Of a stretch of 64,000 nucleotides of DNA, positions 33,960 to 43,642 are shown one piece after another. The position numbers were made by a program, and so were the translations under genes. Source of the DNA: Acidobacteriota bacterium (GTDB taxonomy: Bacteria > Acidobacteriota > Vicinamibacteria > Vicinamibacterales > SCN-69-37); assembly GCA_009694745.1 (NCBI GenBank), contig SHUF01000009.1, positions 330-64,329 of the forward strand, in the 5' to 3' direction. The first letter of the stretch is position 1. The number at the start of each line of letters is the position of its first letter. The notes under the pieces are model-generated. The model did no database searches. It was not told the DNA's origin and saw nothing but the letters and a program-made list of their open reading frames with translations.

Positions 33960-35579
33960 ATGACTCACGCTGGAAATAATTCGGGCAGTTATCTGGATGC
34001 GCCCCACGGGATCGCGTCGTGGTTGCTGACCAAGGACCACAAACGCATCGCGATCCTGTACCTGATCTCGATCACGGTCTTCTTCATGATCGGCGGCTTG
34101 TTTGCGGCCGGTATCCGCGCGGAACTGCTGACGCCCGCCGGAGACCTGTTCACGGCCGACCTCTACAACAAGGTCTTCACGCTGCACGGCGTCGTGATGA
34201 TCTTCTTCTTTCTGATTCCGTCGATTCCAGCCACACTCGGCAACTTCCTGGTGCCGATCATGTGCGGCGCCAAGGACCTGGCATTTCCCAGAATCAACCT
34301 GCTGAGCTGGTATCTGTACCTGATCGGCGCGATGCTCACGCTCGGCGCCGTGTTCATGGGCGGCGTGGACACCGGCTGGACGTTCTACACGCCCTACAGC
34401 TCGATGGCGTCGAACACGAACGTGACGCTGGCCGCGCTCGGCGTGTTCATCGCGGGCTTCTCGTCCATTCTGACCGGGTTCAATTTCATCGTGACCGTGC
34501 ACCGCATGCGCGCGCCCGGCCTCACGTGGTTCCGGATGCCGCTGTTCCTCTGGGCCATGTACGCCACAAGCCTGGTCATGATCCTGGGCACGCCGGTGGT
34601 GGCCATCACCATTCTGCTCGTCGGCGCCGAGCGTGCGCTCGGCTTCGCCATCTTTGACCCGCGCGTGGGCGGCGACCCTGTCCTGTTCCAGCACCTCTTC
34701 TGGTTCTACTCGCACCCGGCCGTTTACATCATGATCCTGCCTGGCATGGGCGTCATCAGCGAACTGGTGGCCGCGGTCTCGCGCAAACAGATCTTCGGCT
34801 ACAGCGTCGTGGCCTATTCGAGCTTGGCGATCGCCATCATCGGCTTCCTCGTCTGGGGCCACCACATGTTCGTGAGCAGCCAGTCCATCTACGCCGGACT
34901 GGTGTTCTCGATCATCACGATGATCGTCGCCGTGCCTTCGGCCGTGAAAACCTTCAACTGGGCGGCGACCATGTACAAGGGGTCGATCACCTGGGAATCG
35001 CCCACCTACTGGGTGATCGGGTTCATAGGCCTCTTCCTGGTGGGCGGTCTGACCGGCCTCTTCCTCGGCGCGATGGGCCTAGACGTCCACCTGCACGACA
35101 CCTACTTCGTCGTGGCGCATTTCCACTACATCATGGTGGGCGGCGGCGTGATGGGCTTCCTGGGCGGCATCCACTTCTGGTGGCCGAAGATGACCGGGCG
35201 CACCTATCCGGAAACCGCGGGCAAGATTGCCGCGATCCTGGTGTTCGTCGGTTTCAACCTGACGTTCTTCCCGCAGTTTGTGGTGGGCTACCTGGGCATG
35301 CCTCGCCGGTACCATGCGTATCCAGAGGAATTCCAGATTCTCAACGTCATGTCCACCGGTGGCGCCACGGTGCTCGGCATAGGCTACCTGCTGATCGTCA
35401 CGTATCTGGTGGCGTCGCTCTTCAAGCCGCGGAACGCATCAGCCAATCCGTGGGGCGCGACGGGACTTGAGTGGGACATCCCCTCGCCTCCGATTACGCT
35501 GAACTTCGAGACCGAGCCCATCGTCACCGAGGACGCGTACAACTACATCGGCCGCGCCCAGAAGGCGAGGGAAAACTAG
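33960..35579 (+). CDS. ctaD: Cytochrome c oxidase subunit I, A2 type
   Basis: [20 protein letters not shown] (YS motif), [21 protein letters not shown]. Confidence 0.96.
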   Translation: MTHAGNNSGSYLDAPHGIASWLLTKDHKRIAILYLISITVFFMIGGLFAAGIRAELLTPAGDLFTADLYNKVFTLHGVVMIFFFLIPSIPATLGNFLVPIMCGAKDLAFPRINLLSWYLYLIGAMLTLGAVFMGGVDTGWTFYTPYSSMASNTNVTLAALGVFIAGFSSILTGFNFIVTVHRMRAPGLTWFRMPLFLWAMYATSLVMILGTPVVAITILLVGAERALGFAIFDPRVGGDPVLFQHLFWFYSHPAVYIMILPGMGVISELVAAVSRKQIFGYSVVAYSSLAIAIIGFLVWGHHMFVSSQSIYAGLVFSIITMIVAVPSAVKTFNWAATMYKGSITWESPTYWVIGFIGLFLVGGLTGLFLGAMGLDVHLHDTYFVVAHFHYIMVGGGVMGFLGGIHFWWPKMTGRTYPETAGKIAAILVFVGFNLTFFPQFVVGYLGMPRRYHAYPEEFQILNVMSTGGATVLGIGYLLIVTYLVASLFKPRNASANPWGATGLEWDIPSPPITLNFETEPIVTEDAYNYIGRAQKAREN

Positions 35580-35580
35580 C

Positions 35581-36243
35581 GTGGAAAATCCCAACGCCCC
35601 TCACGAGCCGCATCATCCGATGCTGCAGCACCATTTCTTCAACATGGGGCAGCAGCTCGAGGCCTCAGTCCTTGGGATGTGGGTGTTCCTGGTCACCGAA
35701 GTCATGTTCTTCGGCGGCCTGTTCATGGCCTACATCCTCTATCGCTCGATGTATCCCGACGCCTGGCTGGCGGGCAGCCACGAGCTCAATGAGATGCTCG
35801 GCGGTATCAACACGGTTGTCCTGATCTTCAGCTCGCTCACAATGGCGCTGGCGGTGCGCGCGGCCCAGGTAGGCTCGTGGATGGGACAGGTCGTCAACCT
35901 GATCCTCACGATCATCTTCGGCACCATCTTCCTGGTGGTGAAGTACTTCGAATACGCCGCCAAGTTCGAGCATCACCTGGTGCCCGGCCCGTACTTCGAC
36001 CCGGCGCGTGACCCGGCGCAGCAGCTCTATTTCTCGCTCTACTTCATGATGACGGGCATCCACGCCCTGCACATGGTGGTGGGCATCGTGTTGATGCTCA
36101 TCATCCTCCGCATGGCCTGGAAGGGCCGGTTCTCTGCCGAGTACTACGGCCCGGTGGAAGTGTCCGGCCTCTACTGGCACTTCGTCGACATCGTCTGGAT
36201 TTTCCTCTTCCCGCTGCTGTATCTCATCGGGAAGCATCACTAA
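35581..36243 (+). CDS. coxC: Cytochrome c oxidase subunit III
   Basis: GMWVFLVTE, TGIHALH, LYWHFVD. Confidence 0.93.
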   Translation: MENPNAPHEPHHPMLQHHFFNMGQQLEASVLGMWVFLVTEVMFFGGLFMAYILYRSMYPDAWLAGSHELNEMLGGINTVVLIFSSLTMALAVRAAQVGSWMGQVVNLILTIIFGTIFLVVKYFEYAAKFEHHLVPGPYFDPARDPAQQLYFSLYFMMTGIHALHMVVGIVLMLIILRMAWKGRFSAEYYGPVEVSGLYWHFVDIVWIFLFPLLYLIGKHH

Positions 36244-36259
36244 CGCGCACGAGCGAACC

Positions 36260-36556
36260 ATGTCCCACATCAGCTCCAAGGGCCTTTACTACACGATTTT
36301 CGGTACGCTGATCGCCATGACGGTCGTGACCGTGGCCATCGCGCGCATTGACCTGGGTGCATTGAACACGCCGGTGGCCCTGGCCATTGCCGCCTTCAAG
36401 GCCACCCTGGTGATCCTGTTCTTCATGGGCGTCAAGTACAACACCCCGCTGACGAAGGTGGTGGCGGCGTCGGGATTCCTGTGGCTGATCATCCTCTTCG
36501 GCATCACGATGGGGGATTACTTGACCCGGGCCTGGATCGGGTTCCCGGGACGGTAG
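36260..36556 (+). CDS. Cytochrome c oxidase subunit IV (caa3 CtaF family)
   Basis: 3 TM, IAAFKATLVILFFM. Confidence 0.85.
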   Translation: MSHISSKGLYYTIFGTLIAMTVVTVAIARIDLGALNTPVALAIAAFKATLVILFFMGVKYNTPLTKVVAASGFLWLIILFGITMGDYLTRAWIGFPGR

Positions 36557-36560
36557 TCGG

Positions 36561-36631
36561 TACGTAGCGCGGGCTGTTCCTCAAGCCCGCGGTGGTTGGC
36601 GCGCTTGAGGAACAGCCCGCCCTAAGTACGA
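36561..36631. repeat. GTAG-type REP inverted doublet (family B)
   Basis: GTAG-cgcgggct-gttcctca-agcccgcg (36564-36591) and inverted copy ggcgcgcttgaggaacagcccgccctaag (from 36598). Confidence 0.8.
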
Positions 36632-36750
36632 CAGCCGAAGATCATCCAAGTTTCCCGATTACCGATTAACAGCCTCCGTTCACCGATAGGGCGGAGCACC
36701 CCCGTGTCCTTCCCCGTCACACTCCCGTTAGATACGATGGTGGGCCGACT

Positions 36751-37977
36751 ATGACTGATCTCAAAGACGACCTCGCCGCACTCCGCATTGAACGGGCTCC
36801 CATGGCGCCCGAGGGCCGTTTCCGCTGGGTCAAGTGGGTGATGCTCCTGGCTCTGGTGGCCGGCGGCGGCTATGCGGGCTATCAGTGGCTCAACCGCGAG
36901 CGGCCCCTCGAAGTGGAAGCCTCGGCGGTCACCGAGCGCGCGGCCGGGGCACAGGCCTCGGTGCTGAACGCCTCGGGCTACGTCACGGCCCGCCGCCGCG
37001 CGACAATTTCATCAAAGGTCACCGGCAAGCTGGTGGAGGTCAACGTCGAGGAGGGCATGGCCGTGCGCGAGGGCCAGATTCTGGCCCGGCTCGACGACTC
37101 TGCCGCGAGGGCCGCCCATGCGCTGGCCCAGGCGCAGTTTGTGGCCGCCCAGGGCGCCATGCGTGAGACCGAAGTGCGGCTGGCAGAGGCGCATGTCACG
37201 CTGAAGCGCTACGTCCAATTGGCGGCCGACGGTATCGGCACACAGGCCGACGTGGACCGGTCCAGGGCCGAGGCCGACTCCCTGACCGCCCGGATTGCTT
37301 CCTCGCGCGAGCAAATCAACGTGGCGGAACGGCAGGTGGCGCTGCTGCAGACCGACCTCGACAACATGATTGTCCGAGCGCCGTTCAGCGGGGTGGCGAT
37401 TTCCAAAGATGCGCAGGCGGGCGAGATGGTGTCGCCAGTATCGGCCGGCGGCGGGTTCACCCGCACGGGTATCTCGACGATCGTTGACATGAAGTCACTC
37501 GAAATCGAAGTGGACGTCAACGAGAGCTACATCAACCGTGTGAAGCCCGCGCAGGGCGTGACGGCGGTGCTTGATGCGTATCCTGACTTCCAGATTCCCG
37601 CCCGAGTCATCACCACGGTGCCGACAGCCGACAGGCAGAAGGCGACGGTGCTTGTCCGCATCGCATTTCTGGCGCTCGACCCCCGCATCCTGCCCGACAT
37701 GGGTGTGAAGGTCACGTTCCTTCGGGACGCCGACGACACGGACGCGCCTGCAGCCCAAGCCATATCGCTCGTTCCGAAAACGGCGGTGAAGACCGAAGGC
37801 GACCAGTCAATGGTGTTTGTGGTGCGGGCGGACAACACCGTTGAGCGGCGCGCCGTGCGCATCGGCGGCACCGACGGTGAGCGCCAAGAAATTGTGGCCG
37901 GCCTTCGGGCCGGCGAGCGAGTTGTGGTGGTGCCTCCGCTCGCGATGGTGGACGGCGCCAGAGTTGTCGTGAAGTAG
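36751..37977 (+). CDS. Efflux periplasmic adaptor (MacA/HlyD-like)
   Basis: N-terminal TM, lipoyl halves VTGKL..V.VEEG and VRAPFSG, alpha-helical hairpin. Confidence 0.92.
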   Translation: MTDLKDDLAALRIERAPMAPEGRFRWVKWVMLLALVAGGGYAGYQWLNRERPLEVEASAVTERAAGAQASVLNASGYVTARRRATISSKVTGKLVEVNVEEGMAVREGQILARLDDSAARAAHALAQAQFVAAQGAMRETEVRLAEAHVTLKRYVQLAADGIGTQADVDRSRAEADSLTARIASSREQINVAERQVALLQTDLDNMIVRAPFSGVAISKDAQAGEMVSPVSAGGGFTRTGISTIVDMKSLEIEVDVNESYINRVKPAQGVTAVLDAYPDFQIPARVITTVPTADRQKATVLVRIAFLALDPRILPDMGVKVTFLRDADDTDAPAAQAISLVPKTAVKTEGDQSMVFVVRADNTVERRAVRIGGTDGERQEIVAGLRAGERVVVVPPLAMVDGARVVVK

Positions 37978-37985
37978 GAACCCAT

Positions 37986-38669
37986 ATGAACCCACTGGTG
38001 CGAATCAACGGCGTCCACAAGTACTTCACCCGCGGCAACGAACGCATCGACGTCTTGCAGGGCGTCAACCTCGACATTCCCCAGGGCGACTTCCTGGCGC
38101 TGATGGGCCCTTCTGGTTCCGGCAAAACGACGCTGCTGAACCTGATGGGCGGCCTCGATCGGCCGTCGGCCGGTTCCCTTGAAGTGGGCGGGTCCAACAT
38201 CGCCACACTCTCAGGCTCGCAGTTGTCGCGGTGGCGGTCGCAGCACATCGGGTTTGTCTTCCAGCTCTACAACCTCTTGCCCGTCCTCACGGCAGAGCGC
38301 AACGTCGAACTGCCGCTGTTGCTCACCAAGCTCTCGAAGGCCGAACGACGCAAGCGCGTGGCCATCGCACTTAAGGTGGTCGGGCTCAGTGAACGCACCC
38401 GGCACTATCCGCGGCAACTCTCGGGCGGCCAGGAGCAGCGCGTTGGTATTGCGCGCGCCATTGTCACGGACCCCACGCTCCTGCTGGCTGACGAACCCAC
38501 GGGTGACCTGGACCGCAAAGCTGGCGACGAAATTCTTGACCTGCTCCAGACCCTCAATCGTGATCATGGCAAGACCATCGTGATGGTCACGCACGACCCG
38601 CGCGCGGCCGAGCGGGCGAAGCGCACACTCCATCTGGACAAGGGGCTCCTGACGGGAGACATTGCATGA
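37986..38669 (+). CDS. ABC ATP-binding protein (MacB/LolD type)
   Basis: [28 protein letters not shown]. Confidence 0.95.
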   Translation: MNPLVRINGVHKYFTRGNERIDVLQGVNLDIPQGDFLALMGPSGSGKTTLLNLMGGLDRPSAGSLEVGGSNIATLSGSQLSRWRSQHIGFVFQLYNLLPVLTAERNVELPLLLTKLSKAERRKRVAIALKVVGLSERTRHYPRQLSGGQEQRVGIARAIVTDPTLLLADEPTGDLDRKAGDEILDLLQTLNRDHGKTIVMVTHDPRAAERAKRTLHLDKGLLTGDIA

Positions 38670-39814
38670 AGTTCCTGCCGCTGTTGTGGAAGAGCCTCTG
38701 GCGGAAGAAGTTCCGCACCATCGTGACGCTGCTGTCAGTGTTTGTCGCGTTTGTGCTGTTTGGCGTCCTGATGACCATCCGGACGGCGTTTACGTTCGGC
38801 GTGGACATCGCGGGCATTGACCGGCTGGTGCTGATTCACAAGGTCAGCCTGATCATGCCGTTGCCGGTGTCGTACTTGAACCGTCTGGCCAACACCCCTG
38901 GGGTGGAGACGGCCACGCACAATTCGTGGTTCGGTGGCGTCTATCAGGACCCGTCCAACTTCTTTGCCCAGATCGCCGTGGAGCCCGAGCCTTTCATGAA
39001 GATCTATCCGGAGTACAAGTTGCCTCCGGAACAGATGAAGGCCTGGCTCGACGATCGGCAGGGCGTCATTGTGGGCGTGGATGTGGCGAAGCGTTTTGGC
39101 TGGAAACTCGGCGACCGCATTCCGCTTGGCGCCACCATCTGGCAGCCGAAGGGTGGCGGCCAGACCTGGGAGTTCAATATCGTCGGCATCTATGACGGCG
39201 AACAGGGCGTGGACAAGACCCAGTTCTTCTTCCGATGGGACTACCTGGACGAAAACCGATCCGACGGCGCAGGGGAGGTGAACTGGTACGTGGTGAAGAT
39301 TGCCGACGCGTCCAAGGCGCAGGAAATGGGCGCGAGATTCGACGGCATGTTCGCGAATTCAGATGCCGAGACCAAGACCACCACGGAGAAGGGCTTCGTG
39401 GAAGGGTTTGCGAATCAGATGGGCAACATCGGCGCGATCATGATCTGGATCTCGGTGGCCGTGCTGTTCATGATGCTGCTGATTGCGGCCAGCACCATGA
39501 TGCAGTCGGTGCGCGAGCGCACCAGTGAAATGGCTGTGCTGAAGACGCTCGGGTTTTCCAACACGACCATCCTGAGTCTTGTGCTGGGCGAATCGCTCTT
39601 CATCTGCGTATTGGGTGGCGGTGCAGGCCTGGCGCTGGCGTGGGCGTTTGTGCAGCAGGGCGATCCCACGGGGCAGTTGCCGATCTTCATCCTGCAACCG
39701 CAGGCCATCATGATCGGCATCGGGCTGATCGTGTCGATGGGCATCCTGGCGGGCCTGATTCCGGCGCTCTCGGCGATGCAACTCAAGATCACAGACGGTC
39801 TGCGACGAAATTAG
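38666..39814 (+). CDS. FtsX/MacB-like ABC permease
   Basis: Periplasmic domain plus SVRERTSEMAVLKTLGF. Confidence 0.9.
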   Translation: MKFLPLLWKSLWRKKFRTIVTLLSVFVAFVLFGVLMTIRTAFTFGVDIAGIDRLVLIHKVSLIMPLPVSYLNRLANTPGVETATHNSWFGGVYQDPSNFFAQIAVEPEPFMKIYPEYKLPPEQMKAWLDDRQGVIVGVDVAKRFGWKLGDRIPLGATIWQPKGGGQTWEFNIVGIYDGEQGVDKTQFFFRWDYLDENRSDGAGEVNWYVVKIADASKAQEMGARFDGMFANSDAETKTTTEKGFVEGFANQMGNIGAIMIWISVAVLFMMLLIAASTMMQSVRERTSEMAVLKTLGFSNTTILSLVLGESLFICVLGGGAGLALAWAFVQQGDPTGQLPIFILQPQAIMIGIGLIVSMGILAGLIPALSAMQLKITDGLRRN

Positions 39815-39824
39815 CGGAGTTCCC

Positions 39825-41015
39825 ATGTTCAATTGGATCAGTCAGACCATCGCCATCACCGCGCTGAACCTGCGCACCATTCCGCAGCGATTGGGTTCCT
39901 CAGGCGTGGCCATCATCGGCATTGCCGGAGTGGTGGTGGTGTTTGTGTCGGTGCTTTCGATTGCGGCGGGGTTTTCCGCCGCGATGGAAGGCGCCGGCTC
40001 GGAGTCGCGCGCGCTCGTCATGCGCACCGGCGCCGACAGCGAAATGACCAGTGGCATTAGCGGCGCGTCGGCCACTATCATCAAGGAAGCGCCGGGACTG
40101 CGGCGCGAGGGTCAGACGGCGCTCGCGTCCGCCGAACTCTTCGTGATCATCGACCTGCCGAAGATCTCGACTGGCACGCCGGCCAACGTGCCCCTGCGCG
40201 GCGTGGAGCCCACGGCGTTTCAGGTGCGGGGCGAAGTGAAGATCGTCGAAGGCCGTCAGTTCACGTTCGGCACCAACGAAGTAATCGTCGGGCGTGGCGC
40301 CCGCGGGCAGTTCGCCGGACTCACGGTCGGAAGCATCGTCCAGTCCGGGAAGGCCACCTGGCAGGTCGCGGGTGTGTTTTCGGCTGGTGGTGGCGCGGCC
40401 GAGACCGAAATCTGGGTGGATTCCCGTGTACTCCAGGGGGTCTACAACCGGGGCAACTCGTATCAGACCGTGCTGGCGCAGCTCGACTCGGCGGCCAGCT
40501 TCGACACGTTCCGCGACTGGCTGACGACGAACCCGCAGCTCAACGTGCAGGTGCGTCGCGAGACTGAGTACTACGCGGCGCAGTCGAGGTCGCTCAGCGC
40601 GCTGATTCGCGGCGTGGGTTTCGGCATCGCTGCCCTCATGGGTCTGGGCGCGATATTCGGCGCCGTGCTCACGATGTATACGGCCGTGTCCACGCGGTCC
40701 CGCGAGATCGCCACGCTGCGCGCACTGGGCTTCAACTCGACGTCGGTGGTTGTCTCGGTGCTGGCAGAGTCCATGGCGCTTGGCCTGATCGGCGGCACCA
40801 TCGGGGGGCTGGGCGCCTACTTTGCGTTTAACGGTTACCAGACGTCCACGATGAATTTCCAGACGTTCAGCCAGGTGGCGTTTGCGTTCCTTGTGACTCC
40901 GGAACTCCTGGTGACGGGCCTGTTCTACGCACTCGTCATTGGTTTGGTCGGCGGATTACTGCCAGCCATCCGCGCGGCACGGCTTCCCATTCCATCGGCC
41001 CTCCGCGAGCTGTAG
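39825..41015 (+). CDS. FtsX/MacB-like ABC permease
   Basis: AVSTRSREIATLRALGF, GGLLPAIRAAR. Confidence 0.9.
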   Translation: MFNWISQTIAITALNLRTIPQRLGSSGVAIIGIAGVVVVFVSVLSIAAGFSAAMEGAGSESRALVMRTGADSEMTSGISGASATIIKEAPGLRREGQTALASAELFVIIDLPKISTGTPANVPLRGVEPTAFQVRGEVKIVEGRQFTFGTNEVIVGRGARGQFAGLTVGSIVQSGKATWQVAGVFSAGGGAAETEIWVDSRVLQGVYNRGNSYQTVLAQLDSAASFDTFRDWLTTNPQLNVQVRRETEYYAAQSRSLSALIRGVGFGIAALMGLGAIFGAVLTMYTAVSTRSREIATLRALGFNSTSVVVSVLAESMALGLIGGTIGGLGAYFAFNGYQTSTMNFQTFSQVAFAFLVTPELLVTGLFYALVIGLVGGLLPAIRAARLPIPSALREL

Positions 41016-41035
41016 CCCTGCGGTAGCATCTGGCG

Positions 41036-42298
41036 ATGCGAGTTGGAATCGCCGCTCTGCTGCTCTTCTTCTCAGCCTCCCCGGCCGAGACCGTCCGGAC
41101 GGTGCCGGTCACTGGCGAAGGTGCGTCTTACTGGACGCGTTGGCGCGGCCCGTCGGGCCAGGGCATGGTGGAAGGCACCAACTACGTGGACGCGTGGTCG
41201 AACACCGAAAACGTCAAGTGGCGCATGACCGTGCCCGGCGACGGTCACTCATCACCCATCGTCTGGAAAGACCACCTGTTCCTGACCACCAGCCGCGAGG
41301 CCGGAGCGAAGATCTTCATGCTGGCTTACAACCGGCACGACGGCAAACTCCTGTGGGAGACGAACGTCCCCACGACGAGTGGCGTGGAGTACAAGTACGA
41401 AAAGAACAGCCACGCGTCCGCCACCGCCACCACGGACGGCGAGCGTATCTACGCCTCGTTTGGTACGCATGGGCTGGTCGCATTCGACTTCAGCGGCAAG
41501 ATCGTGTGGCACCGCAAGTTCGGCGACCTCAACAACTACATGGGGAGCGCAGGGTCGCCGCTGCTCTACAAGGATCGGTTGTTCCTGTATCAGGACCATC
41601 AGGGCAGCGCGAACCTCAAGTCGTTTGTCGCCGCGTGTGATCTGAAGACCGGCGCCACGAAATGGTGGAAGGACCGCGTCGAGACGACCGGCTGGGGCAC
41701 GCCCGTCATGATCACCACCGGCGAGCGCGACGAGCTGATTGTCAGCAGCCAGCGCAAGGTCTATTCGTACAACCCCGACACGAGCGACGAATTCTGGACG
41801 GTGCGCGGCAACCTCTTCGAAGTGATCCCCACGCCAATCGCCGGCCACGGCTTTGTCTTTGCATCATCGGGACGCGCCGGCCCGACGTTTGCCATTCGTC
41901 CTGGCGGGTCGGGCGACGTCACCGCGTCGCACGTGGCGTGGTCGTCTCCACGCGGATCACCGTTTGTGCCATCGAGCATCATTCATGGCGATCTGCTGTA
42001 TCAGATCAACGACATGCAGAGCATCCTGACCGTCTTTCACGTGAAGACCGGCGAGCTCGCCTATCAGGAACGCCTCGGCGTGGCGATGAAAGAAGGGTTC
42101 TCGGCATCTCCGGTGGCGGTGGGCAACCTTCTCTACTTCACGAACGACGAGGGCTAGACGTTTGTGGTGGAGGCGGGGCCGACCTTCAAGCTCAGGCGCG
42201 TGAACGAGCTGCGCGCCCGTGTGCTCGCCTCACCCGCGCTTGTGGGCGGCATGTGGTACTGGCGCACGGATACGGAACTGCTGGCCATCGGCAAGTGA
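41036..42298 (+). pseudogene. PQQ-like beta-propeller (BamB-like) protein with in-frame TAG
   Basis: WTRWRGP, SSPIV, FSASPV; TAG 42155-42157, then the same frame continues TFVVEAG...LASPAL...LLAIGK* to 42298. Confidence 0.8.
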
Positions 42299-42355
42299 TC
42301 CCGTTGTCCCGGGCTGAATAGCCCGTGCCGCTCCAGAGTGATAAGGTTGATGGTC

Positions 42356-43621
42356 ATGCGCCCCATCCTTCTGACCCTATTCGGCGTAGCCTCCATCGGC
42401 TTGGTCGTGGCCTCTGCCGGGCGTCCGTCCATGGCGGCCCAGGGTGCCTCGCTCTTCTCTGGCGCCGTGACGCCGATGACCTCGCCCGCCCCTGAGGGGT
42501 CGGCAGAGCCCCGGCTGACAGTGGATGCCACGGGCCGCGTCCTCCTGTCGTGGCTGGCGCCGAAGGCCGGAGGCGGGCATTCCTTTCAGTTCTCCGAACT
42601 GGCTCAGAACCAGTGGGCCGCTCCCAAAACCATCGTCGAGGGCACCCGATTTTTTGCCAACTGGGCCGACTTCCCGTCGCTCTTTGTCACGCGCGGCGGC
42701 TTGATGGCTGCGCACTGGCTGGAGCGCCGTGGGCAGGGGCGCACGTCTTATGACGTGCAGCTCCGCACGTCGCGCGACAACGGCCGCACGTGGACCGAGA
42801 CGGTCACGCCGCATCGTGACGGCACCGAGACGGAACATGGCTTCGTGTCTTTCTTTGAGGCGCCTGGCAAGGGCCCCAACGCCGGGCTGGGCTTGGTGTG
42901 GCTTGACGGTCGCGGCATGGCCGGCCACGGCGATCACGGAGCCGGCGGCGGGCAGATGACACTTCGCGCCGCGATGGTCTCGGCCAAGGGCACCACCGGT
43001 GAAGAGATGTTGATCGACGGCAGGGTGTGCGACTGCTGCCAGACGGCAGCAACGGCCACCGACACCGGCGTGGTGGTGGCGTATCGCGACCGGAGTGACA
43101 CCGAGATTCGCGATATCAGCGTGAGCCGCTTCGAAAACGGCAAGTGGTCGCAGGGCACGCCTGCGTATTCCGACAAGTGGGAGATCAATGGCTGTCCGGT
43201 CAACGGCCCCGCGCTTGCCGCCAAGGGGCAGTTCGTGGCGCTGGCCTGGTACACCGCGCTGAACAACGCGCCCAAGACCCAGTTGGTGTTTTCGAAGGAC
43301 GGTGGCCGCACGTTCGGCGCTCCGATCCGCATCGACAGTGGCACCACGCTGGGCAGGGTGGGATTGACATTGCTGGCCGATGGCCGCGCTCTGGTGTCGT
43401 GGATTGACAACATCGGCGCGGCGTCGCAATTCATGGTGCGCGACGTGAAGCCGGATGGCACGGTGGGCGCGCCCGTGTTGATCAGTCCGATCAGCGGCGA
43501 TCGTACGAGCGGCTTTCCGCAAGTCGTCGTCTCCGGCCGCCGAGTGGTGGCGGCCTGGACGCACGTCACCCGTGGGGCGCCGACAAAGGTGTCGGTCGCG
43601 ACCGCACAACTGTCGCGGTAG
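42356..43621 (+). CDS. Secreted BNR/Asp-box beta-propeller protein with Cys/His motifs
   Basis: Asp boxes SRDNGRTW and SKDGGRTF; VCDCCQT; GCPVNGP; GHGDHG. Confidence 0.8.
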   Translation: MRPILLTLFGVASIGLVVASAGRPSMAAQGASLFSGAVTPMTSPAPEGSAEPRLTVDATGRVLLSWLAPKAGGGHSFQFSELAQNQWAAPKTIVEGTRFFANWADFPSLFVTRGGLMAAHWLERRGQGRTSYDVQLRTSRDNGRTWTETVTPHRDGTETEHGFVSFFEAPGKGPNAGLGLVWLDGRGMAGHGDHGAGGGQMTLRAAMVSAKGTTGEEMLIDGRVCDCCQTAATATDTGVVVAYRDRSDTEIRDISVSRFENGKWSQGTPAYSDKWEINGCPVNGPALAAKGQFVALAWYTALNNAPKTQLVFSKDGGRTFGAPIRIDSGTTLGRVGLTLLADGRALVSWIDNIGAASQFMVRDVKPDGTVGAPVLISPISGDRTSGFPQVVVSGRRVVAAWTHVTRGAPTKVSVATAQLSR

Positions 43622-43642
43622 GCCGAAGGCCAGCAGGAATGT

